DNA of 64,000 nt, taken from NCBI RefSeq assembly GCF_009914755.1, contig NC_060927.1, one strand, 5' to 3'. Each line of letters starts with the position of its first letter. Within the stretch, counting starts at the first letter, position 1. The DNA is from the human T2T-CHM13v2.0 reference genome, Homo sapiens. Position numbers and translations under genes: made by a program. Positions 15,477 through 28,655 of this stretch are shown piece by piece. Below the pieces are notes generated by a model. It was not told the DNA's origin. It worked only from the letters and a program-made list of their open reading frames with translations, and searched no databases.

Positions 15477-16689
15477 TGAAGTGTATTCATTTTTGTATGA
15501 AAAATTATATCATGAAATGAATAAGTTAATAACATGTACTATGACTGGGGGAAAAATTCTGCAGCACAACCGTTGACCCATGGAAGACATTGTCCAGGAC
15601 ATATCAATGCCTTCAAATGGAGTCCTAACTGTAGAGCAGAGATCACACACATCAATTTATTCATTCAGGAGGCTTAAGTGTTTGCCTTTGCTGAGACAGC
15701 ACATCTTCCCTGTGTAGATGTCTCTGACTCTGTTTCATTTCACAACCACACCTAATATTCACTTTGTCCATCACTAACAGGATTATATAATTTTGAAACT
15801 AAAAGAAAATTGGGGATCATTGAGCCTATTCTTTCACTTTTCAATAATGTAAGAGGGTTTACAAGAGTTACAGCTATCTTCCACAGTTTATTCAGTTAAT
15901 CTACAGTTTTGTCATTTTCTGTTATCTTGGTCAGTGTTGTGAGTGCATGTAGGAGGCCATGATTCTGCTATGAGCTGCTTTCCCAATGCCCTGGCCTTGT
16001 TTCTTCCACAAAGAGAAGTATTTTCTTTAAGTCTGTATAATTCAGGAGAATGGTTTCAAACCTCGCAAGTTAATTAAAGTTTCTAATCTTAAAATTAAAA
16101 AAAAAAACTATTTCAAAGCACTGCCATAAAGATTACATGAGATAGTCAGTATAAACTACATCGCTAGCAGTTAGCTTTCTCTTAACCCATGACTCTTGTG
16201 CAACATATGAAACTATTACCTGAAAGGCTGCATGTAGTTACTTACACAACAGAGGCCTGAAATTGGCCGCAGTCTCTCTACATGATAATTCCGTGTGGAC
16301 GCAACAGTTTGGGTTTCACACATATTGAATACTTCTGTATGTTCAGATGTTTCAATCAGTGAAAACATTGATAGGAAGATTAAACGTCTGGAGAACTAAC
16401 AGGATCCCAGAGTTCATGTTGTTGCGTTTCCCTCTACATATAAAATATGGGAAAGTTTTTAAAAATATCAGAGAGTTAATTATTGGCTATCAGGAAGTTA
16501 ATAGCCCTATGTCAAAAGCCTAATTAGTGCTCTCTCAAAGCTAGAAAAAGCTGATGTCGAAGAAAAACAATTTTAGATAGAGATAAAAACATTTGATCAT
16601 TTTTACAAGTAACGTATTTATTTTTAGGTAACAAATGTCTTCATGTAACTATTAATGTTACTGGAAAGGGAAGAGTACACTAATGAATT

Positions 16690-17455
16690 CTTATTTTTTG
16701 CAGTATAATAGAGCTATAACTGACACACAATATATATATAAAATGAACAATTCTATATGTGTGTATAACCATCAAACCATCACTAAAATTAAGATGATGA
16801 GCATCTCTATTTACCCCCCAAATTTCCTTATAACCCTTTGAAATCCCTGTCTTTCACATACCTTCCTATCTGTCCTGAGGAAAAGACTGATCTGCAGTAT
16901 GCCAATATCCAGTAGTTTGCATTTTTTAGAATTTCATATGAATTACATAATTCTGCATCTATTACCTTTTTCTTTGACTCAGCGTTATCGTTTTGAGACT
17001 CACCAATGTTCTTATTCACATCAATAGCTCATTTCTTTACATTACTGAGTAGTATTCCACTTAATGGGTATATCACAGTTTATTTATCTATTCATTAGAT
17101 GATGGATACTTAGGTTGTTTCCAATTTAGCATTACTACAAATGAAGTTGCTATGAACATTTGTGAACTAATTCTTTTACTTTTGTGTATTTATTCTTTCA
17201 TTTATTTGGGATAAAACTGAGAAATGGAAGAGCTGAAACATAACAGGCATATGTTTAACTTTTGAGGAAGTTGACAAGAGCTAGGTGGTTGTGTGATATT
17301 TTACATCCACCAGCAGAATGTGAGAGTTTTGCTTATTCCAGATCCTTACCAACCCTTGGTAGGGCCAGTCTTTTTAATTTTAGCCATTCTAATCAGTAAG
17401 TAGAATTTCATTTGCTTACCTTACATTTTCCCTTATTATTAATAGTGTTTGTGAA
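16690..17455 (-). mobile_element. L1MC-like 3' end
   Basis: 'tagtttgcattttttagaatttcatat', 'ctgagtagtattccact', 'ttttagccattctaat'. Confidence 0.75.
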
Positions 17456-17466
17456 TAAAATCATCT

Positions 17467-19140
17467 TTTTAAAGAATACTTTATTGAGATATAATTGAAA
17501 TTTAAGAAACTGCACACATTTAAATTATACATCTTAATGTATTTTAACAAATATATACACTAGTGAAAGCATCAATAAAATCAAGAAAACAAATATATTT
17601 ACCATAATGTTGCTTTGTAATCCTCATTTTCACGTCTCATCAATTCCCGCAGTCCAGAAGCAACCATCAATCTGCTATTTATTTATTTTTTTGTGATCAA
17701 GTCCCTGTTGTCCAGACTGAAATGCTGTGGTGCCATCATGGCTCACTGCAGCTCTGACTTTCCAAGTAGCTGCTGGAACCACAGGCATGCACCACTATGG
17801 CTGGCTAATTTTTTTTTTAAATAGGATCTCCCTAAGTTGCCCAGGCTGTTCTGGATCTCCTGGCCTCAAGTGATCCTCCCACCTAGGCTTCCTAAAGTGC
17901 TGGGATCAAAGGCCCCACACACCTAGACTGATCTCTTTATAATTATAAATTTGTTTCCATCTTTCTAGAACTTAACGTAAATAAAATTATACACAGCTAC
18001 ACAACGTACCTATTTTCTGACTTATTTCATTCAGTAAATTATTTTCAGATCTATCAATCTAAGGATCCATGTTGCATGCATCAGTAATCCATTCTTTTAA
18101 TTGCAGACTAGTATCCCATTTTGTATCCCAATTGCAGACTAGATATACCACATTTTGTGTCTCCATTTATGTCTTGATAAATATTTGGATTGTTCCCAGT
18201 TTTAGGTCATTCCAAATAAATCTACTGTGAAAATTCTCATATAAGTCTTTGTATAGACTTACGTTCTCATTTGTTTGGGGTAAATACCTACAAATGGCAT
18301 GGCTGGATCATGTGGCAGGTGTATGTCTACCATTTTAAGAAAGTTACAAACTATTTTCCAAAATGGCTATAAAATTTTATATTCTCCAAATAAATTCACA
18401 CGCTCTCCAGTTGGTCCTCATACTCTCCAACATATTGGTAAGCGTTTTTAATTTTAGACATCTGTTAGTTGCGTAGTGGTATTTTGTTGCCGTTTAACTC
18501 CCAGTTCTGTGACGACTGATGATGTTGAACATTTTTTCATGTGCTCATTTATTATCTATATATTTCTTGTGATGAAGTGGTTAATGTGGTAGGGTTAAGT
18601 TATAAGATGTATGTCTATATATTCTGTGTATAAATTATTTATCAGATATATGATTTGAAAATATTTTCTCTTCATCTGAAGTTCGTCTTTTCATTCACGT
18701 TACTCATTTTTCATTAATTTCATCTTTGCATAAAACAAAGTCACCAAATTTTATCCTAAATTTAATTGTAGCAGATTCAGTGATTTAGATATTGCATTTC
18801 GGACTGTGATGTAGTGTGAGCCAAATTTCCAATAATGTTAATTATTTCTGTATATGGTAACTCAAACATTCTAGCACCATTTATTGAAAACCCTCTCTTC
18901 TCCGTAATGAATTTTCTTTACATAATTATAAAAAATTAGCTGTTCATGTATGTATAGATTTCCTTCTAATCTATTGTATTTCATTAATCTATTTTGTCTA
19001 TTTTATTTTGATAGATAAGGCTTGAACCAGCAGTCGTTGTCTTCTAACATGTTCTGTCTATTTATGAGTTGTCTTGGTTGTGCTAGGCGAATTCCATTTA
19101 CAAATGAACTTTGGAAACAGTCTGTCAAAATCACTATTAA
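17467..19140 (-). mobile_element. Second L1MB/MC-like 3' region, interrupted by an AluJ
   Basis: A new L1 3' terminus 'tactttattgagatataattga...aaactgcacacatttaaa' followed by antisense ORF2-end motifs. Confidence 0.75.
17676..17928 (-). mobile_element. Degenerate AluJ nested in L1M
   Basis: 'catcatggctcactgcagc', 'gttgcccaggctg', 'ggcctcaagtgatcctcccacc'; internal deletions. Confidence 0.85.
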
Positions 19141-19249
19141 AATAATCTGGTTCTGGAGGTTTTTTGTTAAAGTTTAGTTCTTTAAAAGATACAGAGTTTC
19201 CACAATTTCCTTAGAATATTGTGTTAACTGAGTTCGATTTTTTGTTTTT

Positions 19250-19710
19250 CTAGTAGTTTTCAAATATCAAGCCAAGGTCTTGATTGCACTGTTTTCCGTA
19301 AGGAATTTGCTATTATTCTTACCTATTTTCTTCCATGTATAATGGGCTTTTCTCCTCTGGCTTCTTTTAAGATGCTTTATTTACTAGTGGTTTTAAGTAA
19401 TTTGATTATAATGTTTTTTTTAAATGTTGTTTACATTTATGTTTCTTGGGCTGCATAAATTTGTAGTTGCAAATTTTTCAGCAAATTTGGAAAAATGTTC
19501 ACCAATATTTCTTCCATTTGTATTCCTTCTTTCTCTCTTCTCCTTGGGGGACTCCAATTACACATATGCTTGCCTACTTTAATTTCCCCACAGCTCACTG
19601 AAGTTATGCTCAATTTGCTGCCATCTTTTTTGTATCCATTTCATTTTGGATTATTTGAATTGATATGGCTTCAGTTACTTCTTCAGTCTTTAATTTGTTG
19701 TTAACTGCAT
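19250..19710 (-). mobile_element. L1M 5'/ORF1-region fragment
   Basis: 'tcagcaaatttggaaaaatgttcaccaatatttcttc', 'gggactccaattacacatatg'. Confidence 0.6.
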
Positions 19711-20244
19711 TCACAGATACACTATAAGTAATTGAATAAAAATACATGGCTAACAAAGCACTAAAGTATAAATGTTATTCATTTGCCTTTTTCTATAATT
19801 TGACACATGCCAAGTAATCCAAGGGTCTCAAATTCTGCTATGCAACAAATGCAACGAATTAATAATGTCTAAAATATTTTCAAAAACTATCTTTATATAG
19901 CTTGATATTATAAGATAAGCAATCCACTCCTTTTGTGGAGAATATGCTAGGAGTGTAATCTAATTTTATACAATTAATTATCAATAGTTATGTATAATAA
20001 TCAGATTATGGTAGGAAAGAGATGGCTTCCAGTTATTTCAATACTGATTTAAAATATTGTTTATTTTACAATTTTTTTAAAAAAGTAACTTGTATCCTCT
20101 CATGAAAAATTTATAATGAAAGCAAGTTTAAAAACCTGCCTATTTAGTAGTAAAATCAATATTATGCAATTGAAATTTTAAAAATCACTGGTATTCCCTG
20201 TGGAAAGTATGCTAATAAAAATAAAGATATTTCTAAGTAGGAGG

Positions 20245-20735
20245 TGTGTCAGGTTTGCCTCTGTGTTATAGAAAACTCAATGAAGGAGTGCTTAAGCAAA
20301 AAAAAAAAAAAAACAACTTATTTTGGAACAACAAAAAAACAGGTCAAGAATCAAGTAGACTAAGAGTATATCCTGCCTCTACAAGACTCATAAATTTAGT
20401 CTTCTTAATTCTTCTTTTCTCTCTGCTCTGCTCTTCAAAACAATGGTTCAATGCCCAAGGCGGTGGATGAAGCTCCATTCATTGGTTCTTCATTCCACAA
20501 TGGAGGTAGGAGGAAGGGGGATAAGAGGGAAATGACCTTTCGTAAAATGTCGCAGAAGCTGACATATAGGACAGTACATTCATTTACATGGCAATGGCCA
20601 GAACTTCACCAGGCCACACTAACTTCATAGAAGGCTGGGATTTTCAGTTATTACTTCAAGATAAGCTAAAAAACAAATATTCTAATACCAGAAAGGAGGG
20701 TAGATATTGTAGCAGACAAGCAGCCTCTGCAATAC
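20245..20735 (-). mobile_element. Old MaLR LTR (MLT1J/K/L-like)
   Basis: 'atggccagaacttcaccaggccacactaacttcatagaaggctggga', 'agatattgtagcagacaagcagcctctgcaata'. Confidence 0.5.
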
Positions 20736-21199
20736 CACAGTTAGGGTAAAAAAAAAAGCACCATATACAGTATAGCCATACTATTTCCTTAGAGCCTTTC
20801 ACCTCAGATGACCTGGTCCCAGAAATTACATAAAAGAAACATTTCTGCCATTTTACGAGCCTGTCTGGCAATAGGGCCTAGTATGCTGTTTAGAGTGATT
20901 AAAGTCAGCCACAAAAAAGGAAGTTTATCTCACGCACGAATGTCAGGACTATTCTACAAAACTTTTACAAATTTTAAAGGATATGCTTAAATAACTCAAT
21001 GTCATGTCAGCTATAAGGAAATATATGCTATGAATAAACTATAGACTTTTTTGAAATTCAACATACATGTATAATTTTCACACATACCCACATACACAAA
21101 TTTTCAAAAGTCAGGATTTCATTTTAAATTCACTAGCTGATGAGAGTTGTAGAGATTATTTATGTATATGGTGTTTCTCAATAGAAAAAAATAGAATGG

Positions 21200-21365
21200 T
21201 AATAATGACCATTTATTGACCGTTTTCATTCTTTAAACACTATGCCAAGTCCTTCTCTCACATTTATCAAATTATCACCTTTAATAACTCTTGGAGGTGG
21301 TTATTATGTTAATTTTACAAATAAGGTCAATAAGATAAAGAGGGTTTGAATATTTTCATGAAGTA
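21200..21365 (-). mobile_element. MIR
   Basis: 'taatgaccatttattgac...attttacaaataagg'. Confidence 0.45.
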
Positions 21366-23902
21366 AAATGGAAATATGTCTGCAAAAAAAGTCCTACCCA
21401 TAAATTGAAAAGACATTAAGTGCCTCAAAATTCTAAATTGAGTTTAACTTTCTAATATTAAATTGTATTATTCAAAAATTTTGAGGACTTAACATTGATT
21501 AGTGAAAATGTTCTAGTTCCTTTAAACAATGTAAATGATAAAGGAAAAGATTCATTAACTGCCTTTAGGCAGCATAGATTATGAAGATATGATATTTTAC
21601 TGAAATAAATAAAATACATTTACTGTGACTTTTACCTTTCAGATATTTAATACTTTTTATTGAACTGGATATTAAAGGGAGAAAATTCATTTACTGAAAC
21701 TTACAGCAAGGCTATTTTGGAGAATAAATGAGAAGTGTGAATATGAAAATTGAAAATAAAATGCAAATGTAGCAAAAATATACAATTTAGTTTGATTACA
21801 GTATAGGTCAGCTTGGCAGATGAGCTGCTTGAAATAGATGATCAAGATTGTATGAGTTAATTCTGTGGCATGCTGAGACATTACTGACAGTGTTTCTAAT
21901 GCCCTGCACCAGGAAGCACGTAATTACTGCTGTTATTATGGAGGATATGAATGTGGTCTCCTAGCAATATGCTAAATATCTTATCTCTTGAGCACTTTAA
22001 ATGTTTCATCTGCTCCTACTGGTAAAGACTTGATTTATATAAAAGAAGTAAAGGTATTATTAATTCCTAAAGTAGGTTATACCAATAAAGACAATGTGTA
22101 TATTAAATATATAAAATAGAGATTATATATTTCATCTATATAATTGAAACTAATATTGATTTTAAGGTTATTTCTCAGTGAGTGAGTAATACAGGGAACA
22201 TTTACTTGTTCTATAGGCAAAACAATCTTACCTACTAAATAGTTATTGATGAACATGAGAAACTATAAATACACATGCAAACCTGTATAATAAATGAGAT
22301 TGTGGTCATTTGAATTATTGAATGTTTATTTTTTATTTTAAAATATATTATCTATATCTTTAAACTACAAACTCTTTTGTATGTCTGCAAAACACTGAGT
22401 GAAAGGTACTAGGTAAAATGAAATTTAAAAATTCAAGAAGAAATATGATCTACAAATACCACTGAAAAAAGTAATTACATAAATTATTACACAAATTACA
22501 TTTTAGAAATAAGTCCTCTGTTCTAGGTGAAGCTGTCTATACAGCACGATGTCATGCTTTCCCTGTCATACAGTGCATATTGTTTATGTGTGAGGCACAA
22601 TGCCAAACACCGTGAATTTTCCTCCAAAACCTAAATAAATTAGATAACATTGAAAATACAAATTAATAATAAATTACTCTTCTTCCATCCAAGTATTTGT
22701 TTCTAGAATCATGTAATGCAAAAACCTTGTATAAATTCACTAGAGGTGATACCAGAAAAATAAAACATTGCTGTTGTTTTTTTCTCCCAGATTTTCACAG
22801 GTAACTCCAGAATGTGCATTGGTCACTGGCAATATTTAATAAATATCTAAGGGATGTTCAAAGGTGTCATATAAAATCTCACCTTAATTTGTCATTTTAA
22901 TTATTCTGTTAATAAAAGTTAATATCCCCCAACTAAGATCAGCATTAACAAAATAGAAGTGGGGCATTACAGTTGCTAATAGATGAGAGTTATGTTTTAC
23001 TAGATTTCTATCCTAGAATACAATCCTATTGTCCTAATTCTGAGAAAAATAGGGATAGATATCTATTTACAGCTACTTCTTTAATAAATTCATAGTCTTA
23101 CTTTTCTAAAAATGAGGGAATATTTGATAAATATTTTCTTACCAGGAGCATTTGAGTAATAATATTTGTAAATTAAGTATCTTTTTCTAAACTCAGATAA
23201 TTTTTGTGTTAATAATTAGTATCATACAAGCATTGACTCAACTCACTGTTTATACCAAATTATTGAATTGATAGTGATTTTGTCAACTGCAGCTTTCTCT
23301 CCACAACTCTATTCCATACCATAGTTTATTATGCCCATTTGCCTAATTCTACAGAGATGAAGACCAAGTAGTCTAAATTATCATACCAGCACACATATAA
23401 AGCAAAGTAAATCTAGAAATAAGGTTAAAATAACAGATGAAGTAGGAACAAATTCTGCACTCTTGCTATATGCTGGGCTATTTATGTATATAATCAGAAA
23501 TAATTTTTACAGTGACTCTGGAGGTAATGTGTTATTTTTAACCCCCCATAATAAATTGAAAAACTGAGGTGCCAAATGCTAACTTACGAAACGAACACAT
23601 ATTAAGGAAGTGGGGAAGCTATCTAGCCCAATATCTATATTCTCTCTGTTACTCCATAATGCATAAGGCAAAAAGTGTGACATGACATAATATGAAATGC
23701 ACATAAAGGGACTGATAACAGGAACAAAAATGACCTGTAATCTCAGAAGATCCTATAGTCTACAGTCTTTCAGGAAGGCCGCCAATTTGCAAATCATACA
23801 CAAAATAATAGAATAATTAAATGTTTCTCACTAAAGTGATGACAGAATATGTATATAGTCAGTGTCAGGATGCTAAGTAAAAATAGTAGTTTCATGTCCT
23901 TT

Positions 23903-24450
23903 ATTTAATTTATTTAATAAATATTTGTTAATTTTCTTGCTGGTGTCCAGCACAGTTCTATATGTTAGGCTTTGAAATGTGAACAGAAAAAATACTTATA
24001 AAATAAGTATTCCATAGAAAATAAAGACAAGATTTAGCCAAAAAAAAAGTTAAGCAAATAAAAATTTAGCTTCAGATATTGGTAAATACTATTAGGGTGG
24101 GAAAAAAAGTAATGTGATATAGTGACTTAGAAGAGCCACTTCGAATGAGATTACATTTAAGCTAAACCCGAAGGATTCAAGTTAGTGGGCCACAACTTAA
24201 AAGTGGTCTTTCAAGACAGAAGGAATAAATGCAAAAGCTGTGACACTGTAGGAGTTTTGGTGTTTCCCGGGAACAGAAAGAAAAAAAAAGTGATAAGATA
24301 TAACAATCTAGAAGGTAAGTAGAGATGAGGTTGAAGAGATAGGTGTGTACTATCCATTTGGAGCCTTGAAGGCCATTGTGAGGTGCTTGAATTTATTCTG
24401 AAAACAGTGACAAGTTAGAGGGTTTTATTCAGAAGAATGAAATGGCATGT
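23903..24450 (-). mobile_element. L2 LINE 3' part
   Basis: 'atttatttaataaatatttgtt...gtgtccagcacagttcta' and 'gagccttgaaggccattgtgagg'. Confidence 0.65.
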
Positions 24451-24484
24451 TTCTTAAATTATTAAAAAGATTAGATCAGATGTA

Positions 24485-25180
24485 TGCTTCTGGGAAAGAT
24501 GGAATAACAAGAATGAGATTTTCTCTCCTGTCTGAACAAACAAAAAACAAACAAACGAGATAAACCAATAAGAAAGCCAAAGAACAAACACAACACAACA
24601 AACAATTGTGTTTTCAAGACAATTGGCATTAGACAAAGAACTATGATTACATCAATCAACTCAGAAAAATCATTTGACAAAATCCAATATCCATTTATTT
24701 CAAAAACTCTCAGTAGGTGCAATCAGGTAAAAAAATAAAAATAAATAAATAAAGAGAAAAATAATAGGCATACAGATTGAAAAGAACAAAGTAAAACTTT
24801 TTTCATAGTTGTCATGAAATTATTTGTGCATCATATATATAATATAGAACTTGTATCCCTAATATACAAAGCACTTTAAAAGTACAATTTTTAAAAAATT
24901 GATAAGATATTTAAACATACACTTCACGAAGATGATACACAGATATCAGTGAAGCAAATACGAAAGATAAAAAGATGACCATCATCACTAGTCGTAACAG
25001 AAATGCAAATTAAACCACAATGATATACCACCACATACCTACTAGAATGACTAAAATAAAAAATACTGGTATACCAAATGTGGGGGAGGATGTGGAGGAC
25101 CTGAAACTCTCATACAATAAACATGGGAGTGCAAAATTTTATAATCACTTTGGATAATTGTATATCCATTTCTTAAAAAG
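24485..25180 (+). mobile_element. L1M mosaic: 5' end plus several ORF2 pieces
   Basis: 'cttctgggaaagatggaataac' (L1M 5' end), 'cagaaaaatcatttgacaaaatccaatatcc' (RT region), 'gaaatgcaaattaaaccacaatgatatacc' (ORF2 C-terminal region). Confidence 0.7.
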
Positions 25181-25186
25181 GCCAGG

Positions 25187-25480
25187 GGCCAGGCGCAGTG
25201 GCTCATGCCTGCAATCCCAGCACTTTGGGAGGCCGAGGTAGATGAATCACAAGGTCAGGAGTTCGAGACCAGCCTGGCCAACACAGTGACACCCTGTCTC
25301 TACTAAAAATACAAAAAAATTAGCTGGGCATGGTGGCGGGCGCCTGTAATCCAGCTACTCAGGAGGCTGAGGCAGGAGAATCGTTTGAACCCGGGAGGCA
25401 GAGGTTGCAATGAGCTGAGATCGTGCACTCCAGCCCAGGCGACAGTGCGAGACTCCATCTAAAAAAAAAAAAAAAAAAAA
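25187..25480 (+). mobile_element. AluS (Sg-like)
   Basis: 'tcacaaggtcaggagttcgag'; A20 tail; TSD-like aaaaa(g)gccagg on both sides. Confidence 0.95.
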
Positions 25481-25540
25481 GCCAGGAAATATAAGGACAC
25501 TAAGACATAAACAGATGTGCCTTGTTTAAGAAGCAGCACA

Positions 25541-26390
<850 letters not shown>

Positions 26391-27508
26391 TACTGAATAA
26401 TTGTAAATTAAATATATACAAATTGCAAATTAACCTTAGCAAAAGAGCATTTGTTCACTGCTTACAAAAATAGAAGGTAAACAAATAAAAAAATACACAT
26501 GCAATCAAATATTGAGGCTAGAAAGTGGGAATATTGGGAAAAGCTAAAGATGATGTAATGGTAGAGATAATACAGTAACTATATATTAAAAACGATTCTT
26601 AACATTTTGTAGATATCAGGATTAAAAAACTGGCATTTTCTGGAAAAAAATATTTTTCAATGCCTCAGAAAAGGAAAACCACATCAATTATTAAATATTG
26701 GAGAGAATTTATGATGTGAGAATTCACATTGAAAATGTCATTGAACACTGACGTGTAATACAAAAAATTCTCAGCAAGTACGGAAGTTAATTTGTAAGGC
26801 TATATTGTTAAACTAATTTTGACAAAGACAGAAGAGATATATATGCCATAATTAATGTTTAGCATGAATATATTTTGGGTGTCTATTTCTGGTACATTTT
26901 CAAACAATTTGCCAGGAGTTGCTAAAGTGTTTTCTTATTAACTCATGTTCTGCTTCTCTTTTATCTTCTCGGTTCTGAATTACCAGCTCTTGCCATACAT
27001 TTTTGGGTACCTATAGTGCATTGGTAGCTCCGTGACAGCAAGGCTGATATACTCATTGTAATCATCAAAACTTATGTTTGCAATTGCTCGAAGGTTATAC
27101 TTTGCTGCTTTTTATACTGCTCTAGCTACATTGTTAAAGGATTTTATTTGTAAAAATCTTTGTATAAAAGGTTTATTGTAGGTGTAAATTTTATGCATTA
27201 GATTGCACTTTATAGAAACTTTTGAAAAATATTTTGGCAATCCTTTATGTTCTCTATAATAGGTGTCCTGTATAATTTTTATTCTCAGGGAGCATGAATC
27301 CTTTCTTCTGGGCTGAGGGCAGTTGGGAATGTTATTTTCTTTTATTGTTATTATTATTACTGTTATTACTGCTGTTTCTTGTTTCTTAGTTTCAAATATC
27401 TCCTACTCTATGACATTCTGGTTAAAGTCAATGTGCCCTCTCACTGGAATAATTTGCATTATTCCAACTGATGTCATTGATACCGAAACTACTCTTATTC
27501 ATCATTGA

Positions 27509-27862
<354 letters not shown>

Positions 27863-28484
27863 TTCCCTTAAATTCTTAATGTCAGAAATATTCTAATTTC
27901 ATTTCTAAATTTCATATAATCATGTAATGACAATACGATAAAGATTTTTTAAATAGTGCTAATTTGTACCTTAGATAATACATTAAATTCTATTTAATCA
28001 TCAATTTACTCTTACCTAAATATCTTGTTACCACACTTCAGTACTCTTTGAAGGTAATCAACTGAACAATTTTTTTTTCTGGAATTTTTTTCTTTATTTA
28101 GATCAGTATAATTACTGTTCACACTCTCATTTTTGCTTCAATATTCGGTTTATTAGAAGTATGTTTTATACTGTTTTTGTCACTGTAGTGATTTAAAAAA
28201 AGTTTTTAACATGTTTTTTAAGCCCAAGTTTAGCTAAAGCTTACTGAAGACTTATTTATCTATAAACCTTCTTTTTCTTTCTCTAGATTGCACCAAAGAC
28301 ATTTTTATGTAATAAGTTTTCAACAAATCGTTATTGATTTCTAATTATTTTTAATTTTTTAGGATACAACTGTTTGTCTGAAATTATCTCTACTTTTTAG
28401 AAAGCTGTGGTATGTAATAATATTATAGTAATAATTTTAAGTGTATTTTTAGGATTTTTTAAAAAGTTTGTGTTTTTTCATCAA

Positions 28485-28655
28485 GTGTGCATCCATTCTC
28501 CTTGCCAGAAATATTGGTTTGAAGATAGCTACAGAAGTCAGGCCTGAGACCAACAGTGAGTGGCAGGTTCCTTGGCCACATAATTAGATTTCAGGGAAGC
28601 ACATGACTCAATCACACGACTCAATCAGAAAGCACTTGACTCAATCAGAGAGAGT
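28485..28655 (+). mobile_element. MLT1-like LTR fragment with triplicated GACTCAATCA
   Basis: 'ccttggccacataattagatttcagggaagcacatgactcaatca'. Confidence 0.4.
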
